A stretch of DNA of 62,621 nucleotides, the filler included, from Asterionella formosa (taxonomy: Eukaryota), in assembly GCA_002256025.1 (NCBI GenBank). It is 13 parts of 13 records of this genome, joined end to end, with 100 filler letters (N's around TTAATTAATTAA, not from the genome) between each part and the next. Parts side by side here need not be neighbours in the genome. Positions count along the whole stretch, not along the records: positions 23,088 to 46,049 come from NKIB01002569.1; 12 more parts are not named here. One strand, given 5' to 3'. Positions 24,451 through 37,900 of the stretch are shown here, in pieces. The notes beneath the pieces are model-generated. The model worked only from the letters and a program-made list of their open reading frames with translations. It was not told the origin of the DNA and searched no databases. The stretch's first letter is position 1. Every line of letters starts with the position of its first letter. Position numbers and translations under genes: made by a program.

Positions 24451-24775
24451 TACGCAAGAACACGTTCTCGTAGTACAAACAAGGTGACATTGGTATCTAC
24501 AGGAAGGTCAGGTACCGCACGTTTTCTGCGCACCACCTTTACAGTTACAATTCACTCCCAATGATTTGTCCCATGCCTGCGGACGAGATAGGCTAGCTTT
24601 CGATGAAAATAATATTCCTTAAGTAATTTAGGATACGTTACTCTTATTGACTGATGAAGATTTGCAGAGTCAAATTCTGAACACGACACGGATTTGCTGC
24701 CTGATCAAACTGCTCAGCAAACCGTCCTCTTCTTGCTTCGAAATACAAATACGAAAGTTTTTTACGTTTAGCACT

Positions 24776-26620
24776 CGCTGACTACGAATGGAACTTGCTG
24801 ACTAGGACTAGAATTTGCTGATTACGACGAGAATTTGCTGACAAAGACAGAACATGAGGGCAGTAGATTTTCTCAATGACCCTTTTTCAAATGACGTACC
24901 AGGTACTGGTATGTACAATATTTCCCCTCATCATAGCCATGCTACAGTAGGACTATTATGAACATCCGTTACGTTACCGGCATGTCTACCGGTATATACC
25001 AGTACCAGTACTGGTAGTCACAGTCATTATCACGCCTGATGCAACAGCGTATGAATACAAGGTACCAGCATATTTGCAAATAATCATACATATCACATTT
25101 ACTATGGTTAATAAATACTAGGATATATGCTCAGGGTACCCGAGGAAGCCCTTGTAGACGATAGCATATAATTATTTAGCTTAGATGTTGCGATTTGTTT
25201 TTAAATATAAATCGCTAGAGTGTAGGAGTAGTTCTTGTGAGTGGCTGGAAGGTCCTGTAATCAGCGCACATAGCGTGCAGGTTGCTCGTTTTCTGTTCAT
25301 CGATTCACGTACGAGAAAAAGGAAGGGGTATACCCCAAAAATTGTCGAACCCCTAAATTTTGCGCAACTCCGATATAGACGTTAAGCCATTACTCGTTTT
25401 AATGTCAAAATGAACTTTAAGTCAGCAGTCAGCAATTTTTTCAATTTTTCAGCGAATCAAGTCAGCAGTCAGTAGTTAGCAAGTTAAAGTCAGCATTTTT
25501 ACGATAGTACCCGTACATGGTAGTAGCAATATCACGAAGTAGATAGCAATGAATTTTTTCAGGCATCAATGTCAATTACACAGTTTATTATCATGTACGG
25601 AGTACCAGGTACCAGATACCAGGTACCAGGTACGTCTATGTTACTCCCGATAGTATAGTACAAAAGTAGAAGGCATCGCTTTTAGTAGTATCCCAACAAC
25701 AAAAAGATAATGCGTTTCCATCGTTATTCTAATATGAAAAGTAGACACGATTTGTATACCGGTAACGGTAGTTGGTCTTTTCCTATGTTGAAGTTGGCAG
25801 TCAGCAAACGAAGTCAGCAGTCAGCGAATATTTCAAATTTTCAGCAAATCCAGTCAGCAGTTAGCAACAAGAAGTCCGCAGTCAGCAAGTTTAAGTTGGT
25901 AGTCAGCGATTCTGCGGTGAAAGGTGCCAGTGCTATTCCGTTTGAAAGTTTGCAACGGTTACAGGTAATCTAAATAAATTGAAATAAATTGAGATTTTCA
26001 TCATTTTGGAATTGGTGAGCCAGACAGACATCCAATGAAGTAGGTTGAAACCGCTACATGGAATTTTTAGTATATAGTGCGCGCAATTCGCTGATTACCG
26101 GATCTTCCTGGAGAATCTTGCATGATGCCGTCTCCGCCTTGAACATGACGAAATGACGAAAATAGCGGGGGAAATGAAACGACACTATGCTATTTGGTAA
26201 ATATATCTCATACAACATTGATAATACAATAGTAAAAAATAATTGTAGTAACACTAATATTGAGAACGGAAATTGAAGTTGCCGATCATGGCGCATTTCT
26301 TTACGTAGCTTAGGCGATGCACAATTTTAAAAAAAGAAGCTGTGACGGCCGAGATTTAACATTTTCACAGCATGCACCAACATACTACACTATGGAAATC
26401 GTTAGGGCGAACCAAATTTTGTTTGATTCTCTATTTAGCGATATCAATTTAAAGTCCATTGATATTTTCAAAATGACTCGTTTGTTTACGAGAACTGATC
26501 CAGCTGATGACTGCAATGACTAGAAATTTGCCGACAACGGCTAGAATTTGCTGACTATGAATAGAACTTGCTGACTACGAATAGAATTTGCTGACTTGGA
26601 ATAGAATATGCTGACAACAA
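24776..26620. repeat. Arrays of a GCTGAC/GTCAGC motif in opposing orientations (probable transposon subterminal repeats)
   Basis: About 20-bp-period TAGAA(T/C)TTGCTGAC units at 24776-24850 (about 4) and 26521-26620 (5). Inverted GTCAGC clusters at 25420-25495 and 25797-25910. Confidence 0.7.
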
Positions 26621-28484
26621 GGAATAAAAGTTACTGAGCTATTTGTGAACTCTATAACCAAACCGACTTCCAGTTCCTGAATACTATTACATGTCGAAGT
26701 AGTTGAACACGATTTCGATGATCAGAAGACGACTTGGATTTAGTGAATGATAATTTAACGGCATAGAAAGTTCCTTATAAGAGTTTGGAATGGAAAGCCA
26801 GCCTAACCCTTCCGGTAGGCATGGGTCAAATTATTGGGAGTGAATCGAAACTGAAAAAGTGGGCATAAAACGTGCACTAGTACCGGACCATCCAGTTGAT
26901 ACAGGGTACGTCATCTATACTACATATACTAGGTGATAAATAAATATTTGGCCATTAGGAAATGAAATTGCCTTTTAATTATTAGCAAAATACTAAAGTG
27001 ATATCTTACTACTTTTACTAAGTTTTTGATAACAGTTATTACTCCCATTCAACATCTTCGTCGTCAACCATGATCTGATAGTTACCGCAATGTCGTAAAT
27101 TATCGTTCTCAGTAGGCACAATATCTTGAGGAACATTATCTCCACCAAATGTTTTCAGTTGCTCTTCTGAGATTGAAGGGAATGAAAAATATGTGTTTGG
27201 AGAGCTGCTTGCAGTATTTTAAGTTACTAATCCACTAGGGTTCCTTCCAGCCACAGATCGATTATTTTGTGCGATTTCAACACACAATTGCTGATAATAT
27301 TTCAAAAAAGTCATCAGTCCATTGATCGATTAGACCTTTTGAAACTGAACTTTCCTATCTAACATTGTTCTTGGAAAGTGCTTTTCTACCGATATCGACA
27401 ACATCCTGCCAATACTGAGGTAGTTGTGCCTGTGATAGATGACAGGAAGGATTTTAATTAATCCACTATCATTGCGATAGTTACTTTTTTTTTAATACAA
27501 GGAAACAATGCTTCTGTCGAAGAATTAATAACTGAACCGACAAACCGTGATTATAATTCACATTTGGCTCGATCACTTAGAATGAATTTAGTTTCCCAAA
27601 CGTTTTCTCATATAAGATATGGATAGCCACGACGGACCCTGCCTATAAAATGAACTCGAGCTAGAACATCAATCTAGTGGTGATAGCCATTGCTTGCCCT
27701 TTCAATGAAACTTGTTTGAGCAAATGCGTACAATTTTCATTCCCAATCATCAATCTTCGAGGGACCAAGCTTGTTGAAGTAATCTTCTGTAACACCAACT
27801 AAGACGGGAAAATTGTTAGAAAATTGAATGGGAAGAAAATAAATGTTTTAACTGCAGAAAAAAAAATTGACTTACTTAAAATCGATTTAAACAGATTGTT
27901 GAATTTTGCCGTTCTCACATTTTATTAATGCACATACCTCCAAATGTAGAGTTGATATATTCTAAAATTGCTTTGTTTGGCTGTTCGTTCCAATCTATAA
28001 CTATCCAGAAGTTATGCATCACCTTCATTCCATATTAATTTGAAAGTTTAGGATCGCTTTCTGCTTCTTTGCCTACTCCCGGTTATTTCAACTCAATGCC
28101 ACCAGAGGTGTGGTACTAGACTACTATGCTCTATTGTCGATGGATGATATTGACTAAATCAAAAAATACAGGGTTGAGAACAATGTTTTTGTCAGGTAGT
28201 TACAAGGTTCTATTCAAACGGAGCACTAGGATATTGGTAGTGCATTGCTTACATACAAGGGTAGCAAGCCTGGTCCCTGCCTGGTACCAGGGTATCGGCG
28301 ATGCTCAAGGAGAAAACGATTCTCAACTTCTTTCAAAAGGGTATCATAATGATATATTAGATTAATTAAGAAAAATTATGTCTCAATAATAATTGATACC
28401 GCTAACTATTTCCGTCTTTCTAAAGTAGTATTTGATAAATATCTGTCCAATTAATCAGAAACCGAAAGTTTTACCGGGCTGGAG

Positions 28485-29474
28485 TTATGCCAGTGGGAAA
28501 ACACATATAGATGACCTCGGGGACGATTCATCATGAATGGCAAATTTTTCAGGCCGGTTTGCTTGAATGTCTTGAATTTGTCTTTGTCTAGCAAGATGCA
28601 TTTGAAGGTTCGATACAGGAGCATGCAAGGAAACCGCTACGGCTTCATCACGGCGAAGGGTTTCCAATGCAGCACCAACTACTTGCGTAGTCATATCATG
28701 AAGTGATGGCTGATGGTGAAAGTAGACTTGTATCCTTGTCATTTTCGCTCTTCTGGATAGCTGGGCCTGCATCAATGCATGCATCTCTTGTTGCTGTGTC
28801 GTGTTTTGATACGCATGGGTATATACGAATCTATTCTCGAGGTTGGATTTGGGACGATGGCCGACACACTTGATCCTGGCACATGCCGCCCAGTTACCCT
28901 TGACAAAAAAATCGTGACGAAATATGTCGACATCATGAGTCTTCTTCTCCATGACTCGTTCAAATCCCCATCGGTTGAGCTTGCGAACGAAGCTGGAAAA
29001 AGTGCGAATACCAAATACCTTTGGCATTACTTGTTCGCAGAACTTCTTTGAATGGATGATACCAAACTGCTGGCCATCGGGGAGAAAGGTTATAATGCCA
29101 GAGTACTGGTCGTCAAGGAGCATGTCCATGAGGGATTCGGCGAAGGTACGATCATCGACCCTCGAAATGGAGATGACGGAGACAATCGTGGGTGATGGAG
29201 ATTCGTTCCCAGATTGTATCTTTGTGCCCGTGAATCGAGAATCGACACAATTGGTTGAGTTTTCAGATGTGACAGAACCTTCAGGGGCGTAAAGTCGGTT
29301 GTAGGCATTCTCTGAAATTGCGGCAGTTATCTTACAAGCAGGCGAGAGTTCAAGCAATGAAGCAGCAGCATCAGAGAGAGTGAGAAACGAATTTGCCTCC
29401 TGCGAAGAAGAGGGCGAACCATGATGCTCGCTCTCCCGTTTAGTCAATGCTTTGGCAATCTGAAGAGCAGTCAT
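28485..29474 (-). CDS. Heat-shock-factor (HSF) DNA-binding-domain transcription factor
   Basis: FAESLMDML...IITFLPDGQQFGI...FCEQVMPKVF...FSSFVRKLNRWGFERV...FRHDFFVKG, followed by a Gln-rich C-terminal region. Confidence 0.92.
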   Translation of the reverse strand: MTALQIAKALTKRESEHHGSPSSSQEANSFLTLSDAAASLLELSPACKITAAISENAYNRLYAPEGSVTSENSTNCVDSRFTGTKIQSGNESPSPTIVSVISISRVDDRTFAESLMDMLLDDQYSGIITFLPDGQQFGIIHSKKFCEQVMPKVFGIRTFSSFVRKLNRWGFERVMEKKTHDVDIFRHDFFVKGNWAACARIKCVGHRPKSNLENRFVYTHAYQNTTQQQEMHALMQAQLSRRAKMTRIQVYFHHQPSLHDMTTQVVGAALETLRRDEAVAVSLHAPVSNLQMHLARQRQIQDIQANRPEKFAIHDESSPRSSICVFPLA

Positions 29475-30819
29475 AGCGAGAAATAGGAAAGTACTGAGTG
29501 AAGGTCGATTATAAACAGGTTTTTAATCGATGAAGAAACAATGATCCTTGTTAGAACGGAGCTAATTCTGAGCGATATTCCAGCTCTGGACTTATGTCCG
29601 ACTGCTTATGCCAAAATCATTGAATGATGTTATATATTATCCGCGTATATATATACATATATGAAATCAAACAAAATACAGTCATAAATCGATGACTTAG
29701 GGACGAGTGGTTTTCCTTGGTCATATGCCAATTGTATTATGGACATCCTTAAAAGTCTCCATGAAAATGCCACTTCCAAGATATTAAAGCGAGATTATGC
29801 CTACTGTTAACTACCGGAAAAAAATATGATCATTAAAGCACTGACTATGGAATAATTTCGATGCTGCAATTGTAACCACGCTCAGTAGTGATGACTCTTT
29901 TCGATGAGTTCGGGCGATATCGCTCAACAAAGCAGGGGCCACTTCAACACGGACTATGTTTTGCAATTTTTCCGACGAGCTAATGATTATGCAGTTGGGA
30001 CCTCCGACCTAGTAGCGCGAACACATTTTTTCTGAATCCTTGTAAATACTATCTAACAAGCCAGACATTACGTTTCCTACAGAAAGTCACAATCCTTAAG
30101 CTAAATATGTTTCTTAATGATTGTACATTAGACACTTTTCAAGGTTGGACAATGGGAGTAAATGTCTTAGACACCTGCGAACACGCATGCTGAAGGCTTG
30201 GAGTAGACCTACCGGTAGTAGGTACCAGCAATCCATTTACTTCGGAGTTTGCTTTCGTAGAACCTAATCCACCCTCTGTACAGATACCAGGTACCGCGAA
30301 AGAAAAATCTGGTACTGTTACCAGGTACCTGGTACCACAAGCTACCAGGTAATCATGCTTCTTATTGGGCGGTTGTCCGCGTTTTCGATTTAGCCTGTCA
30401 AGTCGCCACGAATCCAGACTGAAATGAGGACGAGTCGGCTGGCATACATGCCACTGTAATACTTCGCCTGACAGCAAAACAAATTAGATATTGGTATAAC
30501 TGTGTAATATCTAACCTGCATTTTGCTGCGCGTGGTCAAATATCTGATATCAGAAGTGTCCTTTTATTGTGCGCGGCCTGATATTTGGTGATTTCATGCA
30601 TAATGTCGTCGTTTTGCTCTGAGGCTGATCGAGATATTTTAGATTGCATTCGTCTCCCTAAAAATATTACTATCAAGAAAAGAGGACGCTCTTGTTTTTT
30701 GATCCTGTGAATTAAAAATACGCACTGACGAGCGTACGTTAATTCCCGGTACTGTGTACCGGTACTCAAGCAAGCAATACCACACCACCGGGAGAGTACG
30801 TGTCTACCGGTACTTTATT

Positions 30820-33000
30820 AGGGCCTTTCCTATCATTCTGTCATTGGTCTCATTGGTGTATCATCTCCGCAATATGACACAAAAATGGCAGTTTGGTTTT
30901 TGGTATCACAAACGGGTCTTTTTGGTCTGATCACTGGTGTGTCATGGGTGTATCACTGATACAGATTTTGGACCCCAGACCAATGCTGTATCAGTGATAC
31001 AGCCATTGATTGCTGTGTATCATGTTACCAGTGCCAACTAAACATATTTATAAGTATTGGAATGAAACACACCACCCTGCAGAACTCGTAAATTTTTGCA
31101 TGTATGATAGTTTTTGGATCAAAAATATGATCAATGAATCATATAATTATGATCATGCAGTAAACTTTAACCAAGCTTGAAGTATGATGATACTATCATA
31201 GTTATTACACCATTGCATCATATAATTGGTTAAACATGGTCCTATGATGTGTATTCTTTTGTCATGCATCTATCTTAGCATGATTGTAATTCTCGTCGAT
31301 ATCACCATCTAAAATAGGATGAAATGGATCAAATTTAGAACTATCTTTAAGAATGGTTCTATGCTTCTATATCTTGAGTGGCTAGAGAATGTTCTACAAT
31401 GCTCTCATCGCAATGATTGGTGCTTCAGCTTTCACTTCCACCTTCCCCCTATCCAATTCTGAAGGTTGTTGTGCTGGTTGCCTTGCCGTTGTTCCCCAGC
31501 TTTGTTCCATTTACTCCTGACGGATCTGAGTTTGCATTCACGCATTTTCCCATTACTTTTTACTCTGTCTCTTTGTTCTAATCAGCCATACAAACAAAGA
31601 GAAGCAATTCATTATTAGCTGTTCATGTTTTGCTTACACAACAACATGCATTTCGCTTCTATCTGCCTTCACTTGCCACAAATTGAGGAAGTAACTGATG
31701 CATATTTTTGTAAAAGGATGTGTCAGTTGAAGATTGAATAAGAAAGTATCGATCAATAAATGGGTTCCAATGCTGCTGTTGTTTGTAACTTACAAAAACT
31801 GTTTGTCTACCATTATCCTGAAAGAAGCAACACATATGTGTCAGTTATTCTAACAGTTGTGGGTTGATCCAAAGATGGCTGATAGCACTTACCGATTTCT
31901 TTTTTCCACATTGATGGTTGGCCAGCCACCAAATCGAAAAGGAGCTGTGATTGAATCACTGAAAGGGGACGAGTCATTCCGTATTTGTAATCCCAACAAT
32001 TGATCATCCTGGCATTTGCTCTTGACAAACCGTGATGCTATGCACAGCTAGTTGATTCCGCCCTTCTCCATCATATTCACTCCTTCTTAGCCGCATGGTG
32101 TATTATTGTGTTGTATTGTCACTTCAGTTTTTCGCATCATGTCTTGCTTGAGATCCTTCATTTCAGGAAGTGGAAACAGCATGACAAGGAACATGAAATG
32201 CATTTGCTCTTGACTTACCATCAATTGATTCCGCCCTTCTCTTCTAAGCCGCAATTATCATTGTGCTGTATTATCACTTTCGTTTTCCGCGTCATCATGT
32301 GTGATGATCCTTCATTTCAGGAGCAAAGTGTATGCATGACAAAGAACATGAAAACATGATTTCAAATGTTTCAGCCATGAATACATTTATATAAAGATGT
32401 GTAAGTTTAAATGTATATATAGTTGAACATTTGCATAGTTTTAATCACGCTCATTATACGGCACATCCTGTGTATACTAATATCAATTTTGATTACTATA
32501 CATCATTCAAATATATACAATGCATGATGAGTTCATAGTTTTCCACGACCTGTTGAATTTTTTCAATTTTTTTATGTCAATTCTTGTACCTACAAGTCAG
32601 TGGCTGATTTAATTAAGCCCCTTAATAGCAGGAGTCATCACCAACGTCTAAATCATACATTTATGTGTTTAGACACATTGACCATATACATTCGAAAAAT
32701 TCATAGCAGGCAGTACTGTATATTTACTGGGTATTGCTTCTATCATGGGAGTACCACAATAGTGCAGTGGAAAACTGAAATTTTTCATGTGTTTAGGATC
32801 ATTTGATCATATTTCTAAGATCAACTGATCCTGATTCTTGAAAATTAATTTTGATCTTTCATTTTCTCATCAATGACACTGTTTATCATATGATCAATAT
32901 GTTATGATCAAAGGTACTATAGGATGAACGAATCAAAATTTATGATTGATTAAAGATCATAGTTTATACCGGAGTAGTTGCTCATGCATGCAACCCCTTC
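30820..33000. repeat. ATCA/TGAT-rich dispersed repeat; 31100-31795 is homologous to 54403-55091
   Basis: About 690 bp align closely by eye with contig 8. Dense TGATCA/TATCAT motifs. Internal duplication TTGATTCCGCCCTTCTC...TCCTTCATTTCAGGA at about 32050-32170 and 32225-32322. Outer boundaries uncertain. Confidence 0.65.
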
Positions 33001-34974
33001 CCCTTCTCCCTGTATACAGTACGGAAGTGATAACCTCCAAGCTACCAAATTTTTTGTCTTGTAAGAATTATTGCAGCATGCATGCATACATGACTCCTAC
33101 TGGTATATACAGTACCAGACTACCAATCCTATAGGTCTTGTAGAAGTATCGCAACATGGCTGCATATCTAATGAAAGGGAGGAGGCGGGAGTAGTCATCT
33201 ATGCACCTGTATATGAAATATGGAAATGATTAAATATAGTCTACAAAAGTAGCAGTGCATCATATATGCCCTGTTATTTTAATTTCTATTCTGTGCTTTT
33301 TCGCCACAATTGTTTTCATTGTTTCACTGGACGCCATTCGAAATGATTGTGCTTCGAACGAAGCAATGATCAAAGTCCACCCCATTCCAGATTTGTGAGT
33401 CTCAAAACACCTATGTATCAGCCAGGCGATTTAAATGGGACTTTTTTTGTGCATCCTTGTTGTGTTTTTACATTGACTTGGCAACTTTCAGCCAAGAGCA
33501 GCCATGGCATGCCATCATTTATTGTCTGTACGAATTTTCGAATGCATTCAGCTTTGATAACTTTTGCTCCCCTCCTAAATACTATCTCACCAACCTTGTC
33601 ATAGATTTTTCTTTATCATTTGGCTGCACAGGCCCAGGTTACTCAATGCCTTCATCTGCAAGTTCAGCCAAGCACGTTGGCGTCAAGAAAACCTCAACCC
33701 CGATGTTTAGCTATGATTGAGGTTGTAACACTGATCGATGCTCCAGTGACAGACTGGCCGGGAATATTCGTCTTGTGTGATGAGGCATTTCGTTTTCATT
33801 GGATTTCTTTTCAAGCTCTTAACGGATTGCATACGAACATACTGTGCACTGTAGATGATGATTCATCGAAGACATACTATGATGACTTGAACGACAAATG
33901 AAACTCTCGTTCCTCTCGACATGTCTGCTTTGTCATTGTTGCAAGAATCAGAGTGAGGACAGGAGAGGATGATGAGCCAAACCACATTTTTACTTTAACT
34001 GTTTCATTATCCTACCAAAAATTTAAATAAAGGAACCTAAAAGAAACAATACAAATAATAATTAAATTTCCATAGTCAAAAGGGTTACTATTTAAATTAC
34101 GAGGGCATTTATCAAAATTATTAGATGATATAAAGAAAAAATGTGATCAGATGATCATTATCCTATGATGCATCATAGGAATATGATGGTATTTATTTGC
34201 AGACGTACTTCTAGAAAGTATACAAACAAACATATAACATGCACCATTCGATTTGGAATAAATTTTTAATATGAGGCTGTTAGCTGGAGAATTATCGGAG
34301 CTTGCACTTCATGTGAGGCAGTTTCCTATGAGAAGTTTGGTGGCAACTACTGGTATTGTTGTTTGGTGATCATGGTGAAGCAACAATATTTATTTGCACT
34401 GCATAGTAATACTGTAGTAATACTAAGTATATACTGTAGTGTCAAAATGCCGTTAAGGTTCCTGCATTTCAAGCCTAAGGCAAAAATTAAAATATTGCTT
34501 AGGGTTGCCAAAACTCCCTGGAACCAAGAATTTATATGAGCTATTTTTGAATGACATGATTCCATTTGAAATATTTAAATCAGTGGAAATTTGCGCATAC
34601 ATACATACATACATAGATTCCTTTCCAAACTCGCTAAATTTATTTATAGACATTCTCCATTGCTAAATGTAGCTATATATGCCAACAATTATGTTTCTTA
34701 TATAGCTGACCTATACTTATGGTACCTGGTACCGGTACCATTTACCAGGTACTTTGATCAATGACTCTATCTAAGTACTAAGGGTTGTTCTTATAATTCC
34801 GAATTTGCTGTATCATTTCTGGGTTGTGGGCAAAAAGTGATGGTTGGTATCAAAACACGGTATCAGCAATGGTAACTTGATGGCCTTTTTTGCCCCCTCC
34901 GAAAACGGTATCAGTGATACTGACGTTTTCACGCAGGTATCATTTCCGTTGTCATTAATAAAATAACAATGCCC

Positions 34975-37900
34975 CGTAAGCGCATATAAGGGAGATTTTG
35001 TTGGGGAGTTATCAATTCCCAAGGAACCATTACGCCTGGGAGGGATTGCTTCAGGCCTTGCTGTAGAAGGCATAGGCACTGTCCACTGGACTTTTCTATC
35101 TGACGATGGACGTTTGTTGCACCTGCATCTGAATGCATACTATGTTCCTCAGTGTACACAGAGTCTTCTATCACCCCAACAAATATTCTCGAAAGAACAA
35201 GGTTTTACCGGTCAGTTTGTCATACTGGATGACTATGCCCAGCTACTGATAGATGGTAAACCACCATTAACTATTTACTATGACCCAGTCAATGACTTGC
35301 CAACAAGTCGAGCAATTCGTTCTGCTACTGCAGGCCAACGAGAGGAGTTCCTATATCTATGCATCACCGAAGACCGCAATCAGAATTTAACAGAAGCACA
35401 GAAGGAGTATCTGCGTTGGCACTACAAACTGGGACATTTGGGCTCTGCTAGTACAATACAGTGGTTATTACGACAACCGTCATTTGGTAACAATCTCAAG
35501 AGTCGAAAAGGCTGCCCGTTGCACTGCACCTAAGTGTGCAGCATGTGAGTACGGTAAGGCCCATAGAAAACCTTTAAAAGCCGCAATCAGCATTCCTTCG
35601 CCTGAGAGGGAGGGAAATGTAAATTCTGGTGATCTATATCCAGGCTCAGGAGTGTCTGTGGACCATTTTGAATCCCGTGTCCTCGGACGACAATATTCTT
35701 CGCGAGGAAAATCACAAGATTCTTGCATGTATAAAGGGGGCTGTATTTTGGTGGATCACGCATCAGGCCTTCTTTATGTCCACCATTAGGTGGGATTTCC
35801 GGCAACCGAAACACTCACTGGAAAGCAGCAATTCGAGAATTGGGCTTACAATCACGGTGTTCTTGTTGCATTCTATATGACTGATAACGGAACATTCGGC
35901 ACTAAGGAGTTTGTTGACGCAATTATTGCACGAGGACAACAAGTTAAATACTGTGGAGTTGGTGCACACCACCAGAACGGTGTTGCTGAAAGAAGCATAC
36001 GCACTGTATCCAATATGGCACGAGTCATGATGCTACATGCATCTATAAGATGGCCTGAAACTGCTGATGCGCGCGACCCTATGGCCTATGGCAGTTGATT
36101 ATGCTGCGCATGTCTATAACCATGTCCCAGGCATACGAACAGGTCATTCACCAATGGATATATTTACTGGGTCTCTAGTACTACCCAAGCATGGTCTTAA
36201 GGATTTACATGTGTGGGGCTGTCCATCCTAGTATGTATTAGATCCAAAGATGCAAAATGGCATGAAACTGCCCAGATGGGAACCAAGATCTCGGTGTGCT
36301 CTGTTTGTGGGAATGTCCCCTAATCACAGTACCAACGTGCCCCTGGTACTAAACTTGAAGACTGGAAGTATATCACCTCAATTTCATGTGGTGTTCGATG
36401 ACTTCTTTTCTACAGTGATGTCCATTCCAGCCAGAGGGAGATGACCCCGCAGCACACTGGGAGAATATTTTCAACGAATCACGCTTTCAGGCGTATTTTG
36501 ATGAACATGATTTGCCTACCTTACAGGAGGAATGGACCGAAAACAATGATGCCTACCTAGACAAGAAACGTCATATGGAGGCTAAGGTGTTACCCACCAT
36601 GGGTCTACACAGAGATGAGACGCCGTCTTATCTTCAGAGGCAGGGAGTTACCAATGCAGGTGACTATGACACAAGAAAGAGGGACACCATTGTCTCCTGG
36701 TGTTGCTGTACTTTCGCCCATTGAAATACAGAGTGTACCAGCACGGATTTATGCAGTGGATGCTAACAAGTGGCTGCATAGGCTACCACCCACTAGATTG
36801 GTACAAGAATCGGTAGTGACCATTCCACCAGGAACAGTAGTGTCATGGGAACCACAAGAGAACATTCCGCAAGGAACAGGAGTGGAGCAAGAACACTTGG
36901 AGATGCTGTCCCAAATGTCTCCTCGCCCACCACAGAGGCGTAGCATCAGAACAAACAGAGTACCGCAACGCTTTACTCCTGGTCTACGTGGGCAAGACGG
37001 TTATCTTGCAGGGTCATTTCTATCTAGTCCAAGTGAGCAGTATCATAGTAGCCTGAGCCAATCAGAATCAGTCCTCGCCTATTTGTCATCTTTAATGACC
37101 GACCCAATAACTGGATATTTGGAATGTACTAACCCACTTGCTTTCGCTGCGATGACTAAACGATCCGACCCAGACTCGCCAAGATATCACGAAGCAATGG
37201 CAAGCATTGATTCTGAATTATTTAAGGAAGCGATGGTAGCAGAAATAAATGCTCTTACGGCAAAGAATACATGGACTGTAATACCACGGGCATCCATTTC
37301 TGGCAAAAATTTTCTACCAGGAGCATGGGCATTTAAGAGGAAGAGATTTCCTGACGGTCGTCTTCGAAAGTGTAAAGCACGGTTTTGTGTCCATGGTGAT
37401 AAGCAAGTCGAAGGCGTTGACTACTTCAAAATGTATGCACCAGTGATACAATGGTCTACAGTGAGATGCTTACTCATAATGTCGATTGTGTTGGACCTAA
37501 AGACACAATAAATCGACTATAGTAATGCATTCTGTCAAGCAGAAATTGAAGAAGAAGTCTACGTGGAGTTACCTAAAGACTTTGGTGACAAGCAAGGGCG
37601 CGATATGGTTCTTAAACTAAATAAGTCGCTCTATGGTACAAAACAGGCTCCACGGGCTTAGTTCTTGAAACTTAAAGAAAGTCTGGAAGATCGCGGTTTC
37701 CACCAATCTAAATTGGATCCATGTTTCTTTATTCACCCAGATAGTATGGTGTACCTAAACTATGTAGATGATGGGATACTAATTGAAAAAAATTGTTTCC
37801 AAGATTGAATCCATGATTGATGATCTCAGTACAACACTTGAGCTAACAAGAGAAGGAGACCTTTCGGCTTTCTTAGGAATACAAATTGATAAGATCATTG

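Noticed and set aside
26521..26620. CRISPR-like look of regularly spaced TAGAATTTGCTGAC repeats
   Set aside because: Spacers are only about 6 nt, repeats are degenerate, there are no cas genes and the context is eukaryotic.
26900..28100. Decayed coding-like sequence on minus (also 33320-33900 and 47730-48180)
   Set aside because: Multiple stops and no motif I can recognise; cannot be assigned without a search.
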